Below, piece by piece: positions 14,864 to 24,911 of a DNA stretch of 35,868 nucleotides. Source of the DNA: a virus (taxonomy: Duplodnaviria > Heunggongvirae > Uroviricota > Caudoviricetes); the IMG/VR virus record IMGVR_UViG_2609460346_000008; one strand, 5' to 3'. The position numbers were made by a program, and so were the translations under genes. Each line of letters begins with the position of its first letter. The first letter of the stretch is position 1. The notes under the pieces are model-generated. The model saw only the letters and a program-made list of their open reading frames with translations, did no database searches and was not told the DNA's origin.

Positions 14864-15406
14864 ATGGGACGTCGCAGCAGCATTGATTCTCTGCCGAAGG
14901 AGGTCCGTCGCTGGCTTGAGCGGGCACTGACGGAGAATAATTTCACCGGCTATGCAGAGCTTGAAAGTCTGTTGAAGGAAAAGGGGTACAGCATCACCCG
15001 CTCTTCCCTGCAGCGGTTTGGCTACAAAATGGAGCAGCAACTGGCCCGGGTGCGGGCGGCAACCGAGGCAGCGCGTCTGCTTGCCCGGGAGGCCGGAGAC
15101 GATCCTGATGACCGTTCAGCCGGGCTGATAACCCTCGTCCAGACCGAAATGACGGATATCCTGATGCGCCTGCAGGAGTCGCGGGAAAACGACGATCCCT
15201 TCGCCCGGGCAAAACTGCTGGCAACGGCTTCAAAAAATATCGCCACACTGACCCGCGCCTCGGTCAACCTCAAGCGCTATCAGGCAGAAGTCAGAGAGAG
15301 GGTTGAACGTGCTGCCGCTGCCGCCGAGAAAATTGCCCGTAAGGGCGGGCTCTCTGCGGAAGCCGTACAGGCACTGCGCCGGGAAATTCTGGGGGTGGTA
15401 TCATGA
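14864..15406 (+). CDS. Mu gp27-like protein (DUF3486-like; probable small terminase subunit)
   Basis: Position immediately upstream of the large terminase; start ATG at 14864 with GGAG 9 nt upstream (track begins at the GTG at 14858). Confidence 0.6.
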   Translation: MGRRSSIDSLPKEVRRWLERALTENNFTGYAELESLLKEKGYSITRSSLQRFGYKMEQQLARVRAATEAARLLAREAGDDPDDRSAGLITLVQTEMTDILMRLQESRENDDPFARAKLLATASKNIATLTRASVNLKRYQAEVRERVERAAAAAEKIARKGGLSAEAVQALRREILGVVS

Positions 15407-16926
15407 CGGAGCTGCCGCCGCACATTCCTGACACCGCGAGTTATAAGGCCCCTCCCGTTCTGTTGCCCTACCAGCAGCGCTGGGTGGCAGATGCCTCTCC
15501 GCTTAAGGTGATAGAAAAGAGCCGTCGTACCGGTATTACATGGGCTGAGGCATCCGATAACGTACTGACCGCCGCCTCTTCTGCGCCAGCAGGCGGGATG
15601 AATGTGTATTACATCGCTTATAACCAGGACATGACCGTCGAATACATTCAGGCGTGTGCGATGTGGGCACGGGCATTCAACTATGCGGCCAGTGAAATTG
15701 AAGAAGGATTCTGGGAAGAGGACGACGACGACAAACACATCAGGACTTACACCATCAAATTTCCTGACTCCGGCTTTCGTATTGTTGCGCTCTCCAGCCG
15801 CCCGTCTAACCTGCGTGGCCGTCAGGGTATTATTGTTATCGACGAAGCGGCGTTCCATGAGCAACTGGACGAACTGCTGAAAGCGGCGCTGGCGATGCTT
15901 ATCTGGGGGGGAAAGGTACGCGTTATCTCCACCCATGACGGTGACGACAATCCGTTCAATACGCTTATCGGGGATATCCGTGCCGGACGTCAGGGAGGCA
16001 GCGTACATCGCATTACTTTCCGGGAAGCCGTATCTGAGGGGCTGTTCCGGCGCGTCTGTCTGCGCACCGGGAAGGAATGGTCGGAGGCATCCGAGCAGGC
16101 CTGGATGGCGTCGGTGTACAAATTCTACGGTGCCGGTGCATCCGAAGAGCTTGACTGTATTCCGGCCAACGGTGGCGGTGCCTGGCTGTCCCGAGCCCTG
16201 ATAGAGTCCCGCATGTCCGCTGATACGCCGGTATTGCGTCTGACCTGCAAGGAAGGTTATGAACTGCTGTCTGATGAGGTTCGCTTCCGCGAGACGCAGG
16301 ACTGGCTTGATGAGCATCTGAAACCATTACTGGAGGCGCTCCCCGCTGGTGCCCGCTCTTTTCTGGGGCGTGACTTTGGCCGTAGCGGGGATTTGTCGGT
16401 GGACTACCCGTTGTTGCAGGAGAAGAACCTGATACGACGCGTGCCATTCGTACTGGAGTTGCGTAACGTGCCGTTCAGGCAGCAGGAGCAAATCACCTGG
16501 TATCTGATGGATGGCCTGCCCGGTCTGCTGGGTGCAGCGTTTGATGCCCGTGGTAATGGTGCCTATCTGGCTGAATACGCCATGCAGCGCTACGGCTCCG
16601 GCCGGGTTCAGCAGGTGATGCCAACCGAAGGCTGGTACCGGGAGCATATGCCTCCGGTCAAAGCTGCACTGGAAGACGGTAACCTGGTGGACTTACCAAA
16701 GGATGAAGACACACTGGATGACCTGCGGGCCGTTCAGGTGGTGAACGGTGTCCCCCGCGTGCCGGAGCAACGCTCAAAAGCAAAGGCTGATGGTGGTAAA
16801 CGTCACGGGGATTCAGCCATCGCACTGGCGCTGGCGTATTTCGCCAGCCGTGAAATTAACAAAGGGCCGGTGAAGGCAAGCTCACGCCGTCGTCGTCAGG
16901 CGGCCCGCATGCTGGAGGGGTACTGA
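15403..16926 (+). CDS. Terminase large subunit (Mu gp28-like)
   Basis: 507 aa; position between the gp27-like and portal genes; ATGA coupling to the upstream gene. Confidence 0.8.
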   Translation: MTELPPHIPDTASYKAPPVLLPYQQRWVADASPLKVIEKSRRTGITWAEASDNVLTAASSAPAGGMNVYYIAYNQDMTVEYIQACAMWARAFNYAASEIEEGFWEEDDDDKHIRTYTIKFPDSGFRIVALSSRPSNLRGRQGIIVIDEAAFHEQLDELLKAALAMLIWGGKVRVISTHDGDDNPFNTLIGDIRAGRQGGSVHRITFREAVSEGLFRRVCLRTGKEWSEASEQAWMASVYKFYGAGASEELDCIPANGGGAWLSRALIESRMSADTPVLRLTCKEGYELLSDEVRFRETQDWLDEHLKPLLEALPAGARSFLGRDFGRSGDLSVDYPLLQEKNLIRRVPFVLELRNVPFRQQEQITWYLMDGLPGLLGAAFDARGNGAYLAEYAMQRYGSGRVQQVMPTEGWYREHMPPVKAALEDGNLVDLPKDEDTLDDLRAVQVVNGVPRVPEQRSKAKADGGKRHGDSAIALALAYFASREINKGPVKASSRRRRQAARMLEGY

Positions 16927-18422
16927 TGGCTAAAGGTATCTGGGTTTCACCCGATGAATTTGTTGCTTTTTCTGAGCCTCAGAAATCACTGACCGCGCAG
17001 ATTGCCTCCCGCAGCCGCGCGATCGACTTTTACGGACTGGGCATGTATCTGCCCAATCCTGATCCCATTCTCAAGGCTCAGGGACGGGATATCCGTATCT
17101 ACCGCGAACTGCGCACCGACCCGCTGGTCGGGGGCTGTATCCGCAGACGTAAAGCAGCGCTCAAATCACTGGAGCGTGGACTGGAGCGCGGTCACGCTTC
17201 TGCCCGGGTCTTCCGTTTCATCCGCGACATGCTCGACGATCTGGATCTGTCCCGCATCATCGGTGAGATGAGTGATGCCGTGCTCTACGGGTATCAGCCC
17301 TGTGAAATCATGTGGGGCCGTTCGGTCAGGGCGTGGGCAGTGACGGATATTGTCGGCAAACCGCCTGAGTGGTTTCAGTTTGATACGGACAACTGCCTGC
17401 GCTTCCGGGCGCGTGATGCGGGTGTGGAGGGTGAGCTGCTGTCACCGTCAAAATTCGTGGTGCCGGCACAGGATGCCTCGTATGACAATCCTTACGGTTT
17501 CCCGGACCTGTCCATGTGCTTCTGGCCGGTCGCCTTCAAGAAAGGCGGGATGAAATTCTGGCTCCGCTTTGCCGAAAAGTTTGGCTCCCCGTGGGTGATC
17601 GGTAAGCACCCGAGGGGTGCAAATGATGCAGAGATTGAAAAACTGCTGGACTCCATGGAGCAGATGGTGGAGGACGCGGTGGCCGCCATCCCCGATGACA
17701 GCAGCATCGAACTCAAAGCCGCGGATGGTAAGGCGGACAGCAGCGAGGTATTCCGCGAGCTGATCACACTGTCACGCAGTGAGATCTCCATTGCATTACT
17801 TGGTCAGAATCAGACCACGGAAGCGAACAGTAACAAGGCCTCTGCACAGGCCGGGCTGGAGGTAACGGCTGATATCCGCGATGCGGATGCGGACATCATT
17901 CAGGCAGCAGTGAATCAGGTTATCAGAACGGTGGTCACCCTGAACTTCGGCGATGTGCCGTGTCCGGTCTGGGCCATGTGGGAACAGGAGACCATTGATG
18001 ACACCCGCGCCACCCGCGACGAAAAACTCACCCGGGCGGGTCTGCGTCTGACCCCGCAATACTTTAAGCGTGAGTACCAGCTGCAGGACGGCGATATTGA
18101 CGAGACACCACCGTCGGAACGCCAGAATAACATGCTGCCGCTGTCATTTGCCGAGGCGATTGATGCCGATATTCAGGCTCAGCAGCAGCTTGACGACGCG
18201 CTGGACATTCTGATGAACGGAGGTGTGTTAAATGGCACGCTGGAACCCGTCCTGGCACCTCTGTTTAAGCGGGTCGAAAACGGGGTTAACCCGTCTGAGC
18301 TGCTGGGCGAACTGGCGGAGCTCTACCCTCAGATGAACACGGACGATCTGCAGGAACGGCTGGCCCGCATTCTCTTTGTGGCAAATATCCGGGGGCGTCT
18401 GCATGAGCGTGACAACGGCTGA
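16926..18422 (+). CDS. Portal protein (Mu gp29-like)
   Basis: 498 aa; directly after the large terminase with ATGA overlap; followed by the F-like head morphogenesis gene. Confidence 0.8.
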   Translation: MAKGIWVSPDEFVAFSEPQKSLTAQIASRSRAIDFYGLGMYLPNPDPILKAQGRDIRIYRELRTDPLVGGCIRRRKAALKSLERGLERGHASARVFRFIRDMLDDLDLSRIIGEMSDAVLYGYQPCEIMWGRSVRAWAVTDIVGKPPEWFQFDTDNCLRFRARDAGVEGELLSPSKFVVPAQDASYDNPYGFPDLSMCFWPVAFKKGGMKFWLRFAEKFGSPWVIGKHPRGANDAEIEKLLDSMEQMVEDAVAAIPDDSSIELKAADGKADSSEVFRELITLSRSEISIALLGQNQTTEANSNKASAQAGLEVTADIRDADADIIQAAVNQVIRTVVTLNFGDVPCPVWAMWEQETIDDTRATRDEKLTRAGLRLTPQYFKREYQLQDGDIDETPPSERQNNMLPLSFAEAIDADIQAQQQLDDALDILMNGGVLNGTLEPVLAPLFKRVENGVNPSELLGELAELYPQMNTDDLQERLARILFVANIRGRLHERDNG

Positions 18423-19224
18423 ACTGGCGTACTGCATGACGCTTCCCCCGAAGCGGGCAGTCAGTTACCTGAAGTCCAAAGGGTATCAGATTACCTGGGA
18501 CTGGGAAGAAATGTGGCAGGAGGCCCATGCCCGCGCCTTTACCGTTGCTAAAGTGACCCGCCTGGATATCCTGGAAGATATTCGCGGGGCACTGCAGCAG
18601 GCTGTCGATGAAGGAAAAACCGATCGCTGGTTCCGGCAGGAGCTGGAGCCGGTGCTGAAGCGTAAGGGATGGTGGGGACCACGTGACACGACTGACCCGG
18701 TAACGGGTGAGCCGGTCACCATTCAGCAGGGCAGTCCGTGGCGGCTCGATACCATCTTTCGCACCAATATGTCCGTACTCTACAGCGCCGGTCGTTGGGC
18801 GGAACAGATGGAAAACGTCGACGACAGGCCGTACTGGATGTATACCGGCATCAACGACAGCCATACCCGCAGGAGCCATCTGGCGCTGCATGGTCTGGTG
18901 CTGCGCTGGGATGACCCGTTCTGGCAGGCATTTTACCCGCCGAACGGCTGGCGCTGCCGCTGTAGTGTGATTGCCCTGAGTGCGGCGGATGTCCGTGCCC
19001 GTGGCCTGAAGGTTATCAGCTCCGGCTCTGCCATGGGCCAGGAACTGAAACTGGTCTCAGAGAAAACCGGCGAAATGCGGAACGTGGCCACCTTTAATAC
19101 CGGCACCACGAAGGTGACCACCGACGTCGGCTGGTCTTATGCACCGGGGGCAGCATACCGTCCCGACCTGGCCCGCTATCAGGGTACGCTTCAGCCACTG
19201 GCACAACAGGAACTGAGAGGATAA
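18403..19224 (+). CDS. Head morphogenesis protein (Mu F / gp30-like)
   Basis: Start at the ATG at 18403 (MSVTTAELAY...), overlapping the portal 3' end; conserved Mu head-module order. Confidence 0.7.
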   Translation: MSVTTAELAYCMTLPPKRAVSYLKSKGYQITWDWEEMWQEAHARAFTVAKVTRLDILEDIRGALQQAVDEGKTDRWFRQELEPVLKRKGWWGPRDTTDPVTGEPVTIQQGSPWRLDTIFRTNMSVLYSAGRWAEQMENVDDRPYWMYTGINDSHTRRSHLALHGLVLRWDDPFWQAFYPPNGWRCRCSVIALSAADVRARGLKVISSGSAMGQELKLVSEKTGEMRNVATFNTGTTKVTTDVGWSYAPGAAYRPDLARYQGTLQPLAQQELRG

Positions 19225-19226
19225 CA

Positions 19227-19685
19227 ATGGCTTCCGATAACCTGGTCAGTATCACCATTAACGATAAATCCCTGCGCCGGAGCCTCCGTGCGCTGGATCT
19301 TGCTGCCACAGACCTGGAGCCCGCGATGCGCAAAATCGCCGGAACCCTGCTGGCGGAAACACAGTTTAACTTTCTTGATGAGGGGCGTCCGGGGTGGATC
19401 CCCTCGCTGGCAGCGGAAGAACGTGACGGGCAGACACTGCAGGATACCGGGCGTCTGATGGGGTCAGTATCAACCGACCATGACGACCGGCAGGCTGTTG
19501 TGGGGACCAACGTTGTTTACGGTGCCATTCACCAGTTCGGGGGTAAAACGGGGCGTAATGAGTCTGTTGAACTTCCGGCCCGCCCGTTCCTGCCGGTGAC
19601 GGGGGATGGAGAACTACAGCCTGAAGTGGTAATCCCCATCCTCGATACCATTGTCCGCCATCTTGAATCAGCGGCCCGTCGCTGA
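19227..19685 (+). CDS. Virion morphogenesis protein (Mu G-like)
   Basis: 152 aa; follows the F-like gene; upstream of the 214-bp intergenic region that precedes the protease/scaffold gene, as in Mu. Confidence 0.65.
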   Translation: MASDNLVSITINDKSLRRSLRALDLAATDLEPAMRKIAGTLLAETQFNFLDEGRPGWIPSLAAEERDGQTLQDTGRLMGSVSTDHDDRQAVVGTNVVYGAIHQFGGKTGRNESVELPARPFLPVTGDGELQPEVVIPILDTIVRHLESAARR

Positions 19686-19731
19686 GTTTTCTCTCTTCAG
19701 GCGGGTGATTTATCATTGCCAGCGAATGAGG

Positions 19732-19763
19732 GGCTGTATTACCTTTATAAAGGCTTTACAGCC
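19732..19763 (+). terminator. Hairpin/terminator after the G-like gene (outer 7-bp stem GGCTGTA/TACAGCC enclosing 12-bp palindrome CCTTTATAAAGG)
   Basis: Read from sequence; followed by tcTGTTTTat. Confidence 0.4.
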
Positions 19764-19826
19764 TCTGTTTTATAACCGCCTCCGGTTCACCGCATTGCTT
19801 TCCCTGTCCTTCTCCCCTGATGTTTT

Positions 19827-19845
19827 CTAAAGCAGATTAAAATCG
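19827..19845 (+). promoter_or_regulatory. Putative late promoter element P2 (ctaaagcagaTTAAAATCg) upstream of the protease/scaffold-capsid operon
   Basis: Degenerate copy of TTAA-N5-TTTAAWATC; 3' end 54 nt upstream of the ATG at 19900. Confidence 0.35.
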
Positions 19846-19899
19846 CCGGGCCTGCATTTCTCACAAACTGTCTCCGACAACATAACGCGGGACAGCAAA

Positions 19900-21015
19900 A
19901 TGTCAGCCATTCACATTTTTAAAGCCGGTACTCATACCGATATGCACGGCAAAAAACTGCCGTTCACGCCAGACGATCTTGCCGCCTGCGTGAAAGCCTA
20001 TGACCCGTCCGTCCATGAAGCACCACTCGTGATTGGTCATCCCAGAACGGAAGACCCGGCGTGGGGCTGGGTGAAAGCCCTGTCGCTCAGCGGCGTCGAT
20101 CTGATGGCAGAGCCTGCCCAGCTGGACCCGCAGTTTGCTGAGATGGTCACCGACGGACGATTCAAAAAAGTGTCCGCCTCTTTCTACCTCCCGGATTCAC
20201 CGTCCAATCCGAAGCCCGGCGTGCTCTACCTTCGCCATGTGGGCTTTCTCGGGGCACAGCCACCTTCCGTCAAGGGGCTGAAACAGGTGTCCTTCAGTGA
20301 GCAGGAAGAAGGTGTGGTGGAGTTCGCCGACTGGCAGGCCATCACGAATGCCTCCCTGTGGGGAAAGCTGCGCGATTTTCTGATCGCCCGCTTCAGTCTG
20401 GACGAGGCAGAAAAAGTCCTGCCGGAATGGCAGCTCAACAGTCTGCGCGAAGAGGCGTACCGCGACACACTGTCGCAGGATGCAGCAGGTGCACAATTCA
20501 GTGAGACAGGCCCGGGGCCGTCTTCCGCAAGTAACGAGGAATCATCGATGACAAAAGAAGAGATTGAAGCCCTTCAGGAGGAGAACCGCCGCCTGAAGCA
20601 GCAGGCTGCTGATCGCGATGCGCGTGATGCACAGGTCAGACAGGAGCAACTGCATAAGGACAATGTGGCCTTTGCAGAAAAACTGGTCGCAGAGGGCCGT
20701 CTGGCTCCCCGCGCCTCCTCCGTGGTGGTTGCCCTGCTGGATGCCGTCGCCGGTGGCGACAAGCCGGTGGAGTTTGCTGAGGGGGAAAGCCGCACACCGC
20801 TGGCCACCGCCTTTCGTTCATTGCTCTCCGACGGGGAGCCGGTGATGAATTTCGCCGAACAGGCCACAAAAGAGCGTGTCGGCGACACGGTGAAGGTGGA
20901 TGTGGCAGCGTTTGCGGAAGCCGATCCTGAGCGTCTGGCCCTGCATCAGAAAGCAGTGGCCCTGTCCAAAAAAGAAGGCATCAGCTATGAGGCTGCTGTC
21001 GCACGCTGCCTGTAA
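19900..21015 (+). CDS. Head protease/scaffold protein (Mu I-like)
   Basis: 371 aa; Ala/Glu-rich coiled-coil C-terminal half (scaffold-like); immediately upstream of the major head gene. Confidence 0.75.
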   Translation: MSAIHIFKAGTHTDMHGKKLPFTPDDLAACVKAYDPSVHEAPLVIGHPRTEDPAWGWVKALSLSGVDLMAEPAQLDPQFAEMVTDGRFKKVSASFYLPDSPSNPKPGVLYLRHVGFLGAQPPSVKGLKQVSFSEQEEGVVEFADWQAITNASLWGKLRDFLIARFSLDEAEKVLPEWQLNSLREEAYRDTLSQDAAGAQFSETGPGPSSASNEESSMTKEEIEALQEENRRLKQQAADRDARDAQVRQEQLHKDNVAFAEKLVAEGRLAPRASSVVVALLDAVAGGDKPVEFAEGESRTPLATAFRSLLSDGEPVMNFAEQATKERVGDTVKVDVAAFAEADPERLALHQKAVALSKKEGISYEAAVARCL

Positions 21016-21029
21016 TTTAAGGAGAGAGC

Positions 21030-21983
21030 ATGTCTGATTACTTAAAAGGTAAACGTGTCGTTGATCCGGTACTGACCAGTATCGCCCGTGGCTATAAAAA
21101 TGCCGCATTCATCGGCGAACGTATTTTCCCCGTCGTGCTGACGGACAAGGAAGGCGTGCGTGTACCGACCTTCGGGAAAACCGCCTTTGTGGAATATGAC
21201 ACCGAGCGTGCCGTCGGGGCGGACAGCAATGTTCTGGTCCGTGAAAAAACAGGCACGCTGGACCTGGTGCTGGGTGAACACGATCTGGCTGCGCCGGTGG
21301 ACTATCGCGAGCAGGCGGAGTCCATGTTTAACGAAGAGAGCAAGGCCATCCGTCGCGCCACGAATGGCGTGAACCTGCGCCGTGAACTTATCGCTGCCCG
21401 TCTGGCTCAGGATGAAAAGGTCTACCGTACCGGGCACGTCAAAAAACTGACAGCCAGTGATCGCTGGGCCGGTGGTAAGGGGGACCCCATCGGGGTGATT
21501 GAAGCCGGTATGGAAGCGGTCCGTACGGCCACGGGGCTGCGTCCTAACCTGATGACCATGGGGGCCGGCGTGATGGCGCTGCTGAAGTTCCATCCGGCAC
21601 TTCAGGCTGCCATCGGAGCCAACGAACGCAAGCGCATCACCACAGAAATCCTGCAGGACCTCTTTCAGATCGAAGAGATCGTCATCGGTGCGCCTGTCTC
21701 CCTGCCGTCCATGAAAGCGGCAATGGATAAGGACAGCGTGCCGGCGGATATCTGGGGAGACAACCTGATGCTGCACTATGTCGGCAAACCGCAGCCCGGG
21801 GCGGACAGCGCGGACGAGAACGAGCCGTCCTTCGGCTACACACTGCGTCGTAAGGGGATGCCTGTTGCTGACAAATACGACGGAGCCGGTGGCAAGGTGA
21901 AGTACTGCCGTTATACCGATATCTACAAAGTCGCCGTGGTTGGTGGCGATGCCGGGTATCTCATCACCGGTATCAGTAAATAA
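21030..21983 (+). CDS. Major head subunit (Mu T-like)
   Basis: 317 aa; position after the protease/scaffold gene; AGGAG-type RBS. Confidence 0.8.
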   Translation: MSDYLKGKRVVDPVLTSIARGYKNAAFIGERIFPVVLTDKEGVRVPTFGKTAFVEYDTERAVGADSNVLVREKTGTLDLVLGEHDLAAPVDYREQAESMFNEESKAIRRATNGVNLRRELIAARLAQDEKVYRTGHVKKLTASDRWAGGKGDPIGVIEAGMEAVRTATGLRPNLMTMGAGVMALLKFHPALQAAIGANERKRITTEILQDLFQIEEIVIGAPVSLPSMKAAMDKDSVPADIWGDNLMLHYVGKPQPGADSADENEPSFGYTLRRKGMPVADKYDGAGGKVKYCRYTDIYKVAVVGGDAGYLITGISK

Positions 21984-21992
21984 GGAGGCGTT

Positions 21993-22331
21993 ATGGGAAC
22001 CACTCAGCAGGTCATTCTGATCACAACCGTAACGGCAGGGGCTGCACTGACACAGCAGCGTTTTGTCGGGGCAGATAATACCCCCTGTAAAGCCGGTGCC
22101 GCAGCGCTCGGGGTTGCCGAAGTGGATGCTGTTACCGGCGACAGCACGCCGGTGAGCGTTCTGGGCATTATTGCTGTCGAGGCCGGGGCCGCTGTCAGCC
22201 GTGGTGTGGCTGTTCAGTCAGATGCTCAGGCCAGAGCCGTGCCGCAGTCCGGCGACGGTAAATCCTGTGGTATTGCACTTGATGAAGCCGGGGGTGAAGG
22301 CGACGTCATTCGTATCCTGCGCGGGGTGTGA
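21993..22331 (+). CDS. Small Ala/Gly/Val-rich head-associated protein (DUF2190-like)
   Basis: 112 aa, low-complexity A/G/V-rich; immediately after the major capsid gene. Confidence 0.55.
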   Translation: MGTTQQVILITTVTAGAALTQQRFVGADNTPCKAGAAALGVAEVDAVTGDSTPVSVLGIIAVEAGAAVSRGVAVQSDAQARAVPQSGDGKSCGIALDEAGGEGDVIRILRGV

Positions 22332-22332
22332 C

Positions 22333-22779
22333 ATGTACTGCACCCTGGAGGATTTGCTTGCGCAGGTGCCGGAGCGGACGCTTATCGAACTCACCAGTGA
22401 AGAGATGGACTTCGACTCGCCTGCAACAGTGAATACCCGTGTGGTGGACAGCTGTATCCGCTATGCCGACGAGCTGATTGATGCCCATCTGCGCGGACGC
22501 TATATCCTGCCACTGGCAGAGATACCGACTGTTCTGCGGGACATTGCCATCACGCTGGTCCGTTACCGGCTCTACGCCCGCCGCCCGGAAGGTGACCTCC
22601 CGGATACGGTGAAGGATGACCACAAAGAAGCGCTGCGGCAACTCAGGGAGTTACGTGATAACAGGCTCACGCTGGGGCTGCCGTCCACTCAGAAAGATGT
22701 GCCTGAGCCTGGCGAGTTTCGTGTACGCAGTCGCCCGGCCACTTTCGGCGGTCGTGACGGTTTACTGGAGAAATACTGA
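22333..22779 (+). CDS. Mu gp36-like protein (DUF1320-like; head-tail connector region)
   Basis: ATG at 22333, 1 nt after the upstream stop; track ORF 22171..22779 shares the frame but overlaps the upstream gene. Confidence 0.55.
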   Translation: MYCTLEDLLAQVPERTLIELTSEEMDFDSPATVNTRVVDSCIRYADELIDAHLRGRYILPLAEIPTVLRDIAITLVRYRLYARRPEGDLPDTVKDDHKEALRQLRELRDNRLTLGLPSTQKDVPEPGEFRVRSRPATFGGRDGLLEKY

Positions 22780-23243
22780 TGAACGTTCTGCCCGTCCTTG
22801 ATGCGGTACTGGCCCGGTTACGCGAGAAGCTGCCGCAACTGCAGGTGGAGTACTTCCCGGAGAAACCGGCTGAATATCGCCTGAACCATCCGGTTGGCGC
22901 GTTGCTGTTGAGCTATGCCGGTTCGCGCTTTGACAGGCCGGATGATACCGGTGCGGTGATCCAGTCTCAGACTATCCAGCTCTGCGTCACGGTGGTCTTC
23001 CGCCAGCTCAACGGTAAAAAAGGGGCGATTAATGTCCTGGATGCTGTCCGCCGCATTCTCGGTGGCCACACCCCGCCCGGCTGCCGCCGCCGTATCTGGC
23101 TGACCCGCGAGGTGTTTATCGGTGAAGTCAGGGGGCTGTGGCAGTACGCCCTCGACTTCGCGACTGAAAGCGTCTTTATCGAAGACAGCGATTTACCGTC
23201 CGGCCCGCTGTTAACCGAAGTGAACTATGAGGAAAGCGAGTGA
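22779..23243 (+). CDS. Mu gp37-like protein (DUF1834-like)
   Basis: 154 aa; ATGA-coupled to the upstream gene; conserved position before the sheath gene. Confidence 0.55.
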   Translation: MNVLPVLDAVLARLREKLPQLQVEYFPEKPAEYRLNHPVGALLLSYAGSRFDRPDDTGAVIQSQTIQLCVTVVFRQLNGKKGAINVLDAVRRILGGHTPPGCRRRIWLTREVFIGEVRGLWQYALDFATESVFIEDSDLPSGPLLTEVNYEESE

Positions 23244-23494
23244 TGAAAGAATACCGCTATTCCGGCCCGGCCAGCGGCGTCACGCTGTCGGACGGAACCG
23301 AAATCCTGCTCTGGCCGGGGAAGACGGTTTCCCTGCCGGAGGAGCATGACTACGTGAAGGTACTGGTGGCGCTGAAACATCTGACGCCGGTACCTGAAGA
23401 GACTAAACCCGCCGGCACACCGGCTGTGCAGTCACCAAAGCGCAGAAGCAGCAGTGACAGCGAAGTGAAAACGGAGGACATCCATGGCAGCTAA
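23240..23494 (+). CDS. Small protein (84 aa; DUF2635-like) preceding the tail sheath
   Basis: Overlaps neighbouring genes at both ends; position conserved in Mu-like tail modules. Confidence 0.5.
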   Translation: MMKEYRYSGPASGVTLSDGTEILLWPGKTVSLPEEHDYVKVLVALKHLTPVPEETKPAGTPAVQSPKRRSSSDSEVKTEDIHGS

Positions 23495-24911
23495 CTATCT
23501 GCATGGTCCCGAAACCATTGAGGTGGAAAACGGAGCCCGCCCGGTTAAAACGGTGAAATCTGCCGTTATTGGCCTGATTGGTACCGCCCCGATGGGGGAT
23601 GTCAATACGCTGGTACAGTGCCTGTCTGAGAAAGACGCAGCGGCATTTGGCAGCCAGTTCACCGGCTTTACCATTCCGCAGGCGCTGGATGCGATTTATG
23701 ACCATGGTGCAGGTACCGTTCTGGTCATTAACGTCCTCGACCCGGCGAAACATAAAACGGCGATCGAGGATGAGGTGGTTACCTTTGACAAATCGACAGG
23801 GCAGGCCAGACTGGCGCATCCGGTTGTCGCTAATGTGGTGGTGAAAAACAGTGAAGGCAGCACCTCCCACACGGCGAACACGGACTACCGTGTTGATGCG
23901 CAGGCGGGTGTGCTCACGAACCTGGGCAAGGCTATTGAGGCCGGTGGCAGCGTGAAGGTGAGCTATGAGTACGCGGACCCGTCGAAGGTGACTGCGGCGG
24001 ACATCATCGGCGGGGTGAACAGCGCCGGAAACCGAACCGGCATGAAGCTGCTTAACGACAGCTTCAACCTGTACGGCTATTTCGCCAAAATTCTGATTGC
24101 GCCGGTGTTCTGCACCCAGAAGAGTGTCGCAGTTGAGCTTATCGCCATGGCAGAGAAGCTGGGCGCGGTAACCTACATTGATGCGCCTGTCGGTACCACC
24201 TTTGCACAGGCTCTGGCAGGTCGTGGCCCGGAAGGCACCATCAACTTCAATACCAGCTCCGACCGCGTCCGTCTGTGCTATCCGCATGTGAAGGTATATG
24301 ACCCGGTGACAAACACAGAGCGTCTGGAGCCGCTCAGCCAGCGTGCAGCAGGTCTGCGTGCCAGAGTCGATCTGGACAAGGGCTACTGGTGGTCATCCTC
24401 CAATCAGGAGATTCTGGGGATCACCGGCGTGGAGCGCCAGCTGTCCGCGATGATTGATGACCCGCAGAGTGAGGTGAACCTGCTTAACGAACAGGGGATC
24501 ACCACGGTATTCAGCAGTTACGGCAGCGGCCTTCGTCTGTGGGGTAACCGGACGGCAGCATGGCCAACGGTCACCCATATGCGTAACTTTGAGAACGTTC
24601 GCCGCACCGGTGATGTGATCAACGAGTCCATTCGTTATTTCAGCCAGCAGTACATCGACATGCCGATTACTCAGGCGCTGATTGATGCACTGACGGAGTC
24701 GGTCAACGCCTACGGTCGCAAAATGACTGGTGATGGTGCGGTACTGGGCTTCCGTTGCTGGTTTGATCCGGCCCGCAATCCGGAGACGGAGCTGGCCGCC
24801 GGGCACCTGTTGCTGAGCTACAAATATACGCCACCACCGCCGCTGGAGCGACTGACGTTTGAGACTGAGATCACCTCGGAATACCTGTTAACCCTGAAAG
24901 GGGGCAACTGA
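23484..24911 (+). CDS. Contractile tail sheath protein (Mu L-like)
   Basis: 475 aa; followed immediately by the tube gene with ATGA overlap. Confidence 0.8.
   Translation: MAANYLHGPETIEVENGARPVKTVKSAVIGLIGTAPMGDVNTLVQCLSEKDAAAFGSQFTGFTIPQALDAIYDHGAGTVLVINVLDPAKHKTAIEDEVVTFDKSTGQARLAHPVVANVVVKNSEGSTSHTANTDYRVDAQAGVLTNLGKAIEAGGSVKVSYEYADPSKVTAADIIGGVNSAGNRTGMKLLNDSFNLYGYFAKILIAPVFCTQKSVAVELIAMAEKLGAVTYIDAPVGTTFAQALAGRGPEGTINFNTSSDRVRLCYPHVKVYDPVTNTERLEPLSQRAAGLRARVDLDKGYWWSSSNQEILGITGVERQLSAMIDDPQSEVNLLNEQGITTVFSSYGSGLRLWGNRTAAWPTVTHMRNFENVRRTGDVINESIRYFSQQYIDMPITQALIDALTESVNAYGRKMTGDGAVLGFRCWFDPARNPETELAAGHLLLSYKYTPPPPLERLTFETEITSEYLLTLKGGN

Noticed and set aside
15280-16317. 345-aa minus-strand ORF
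   Set aside because: Antisense to the large terminase gene within a tightly coupled plus-strand operon; Arg/Gly/Pro-rich low-complexity translation typical of shadow frames.
19725-19826. 33-codon ORF in the G-to-protease intergenic gap as a possible anti-CRISPR-like micro-gene
   Set aside because: No RBS, and it spans the terminator-like palindrome; kept only as a note under the hotspot finding.
22171-22332. 5' extension of the gp36-like ORF (track start 22171)
   Set aside because: The extension overlaps the upstream gene by about 160 bp; the ATG at 22333 sits 1 nt after the upstream stop, fitting the coupling seen throughout the late operon.
23403-24287. 294-aa minus-strand ORF
   Set aside because: Antisense to the tail sheath gene; no RBS; shadow ORF.
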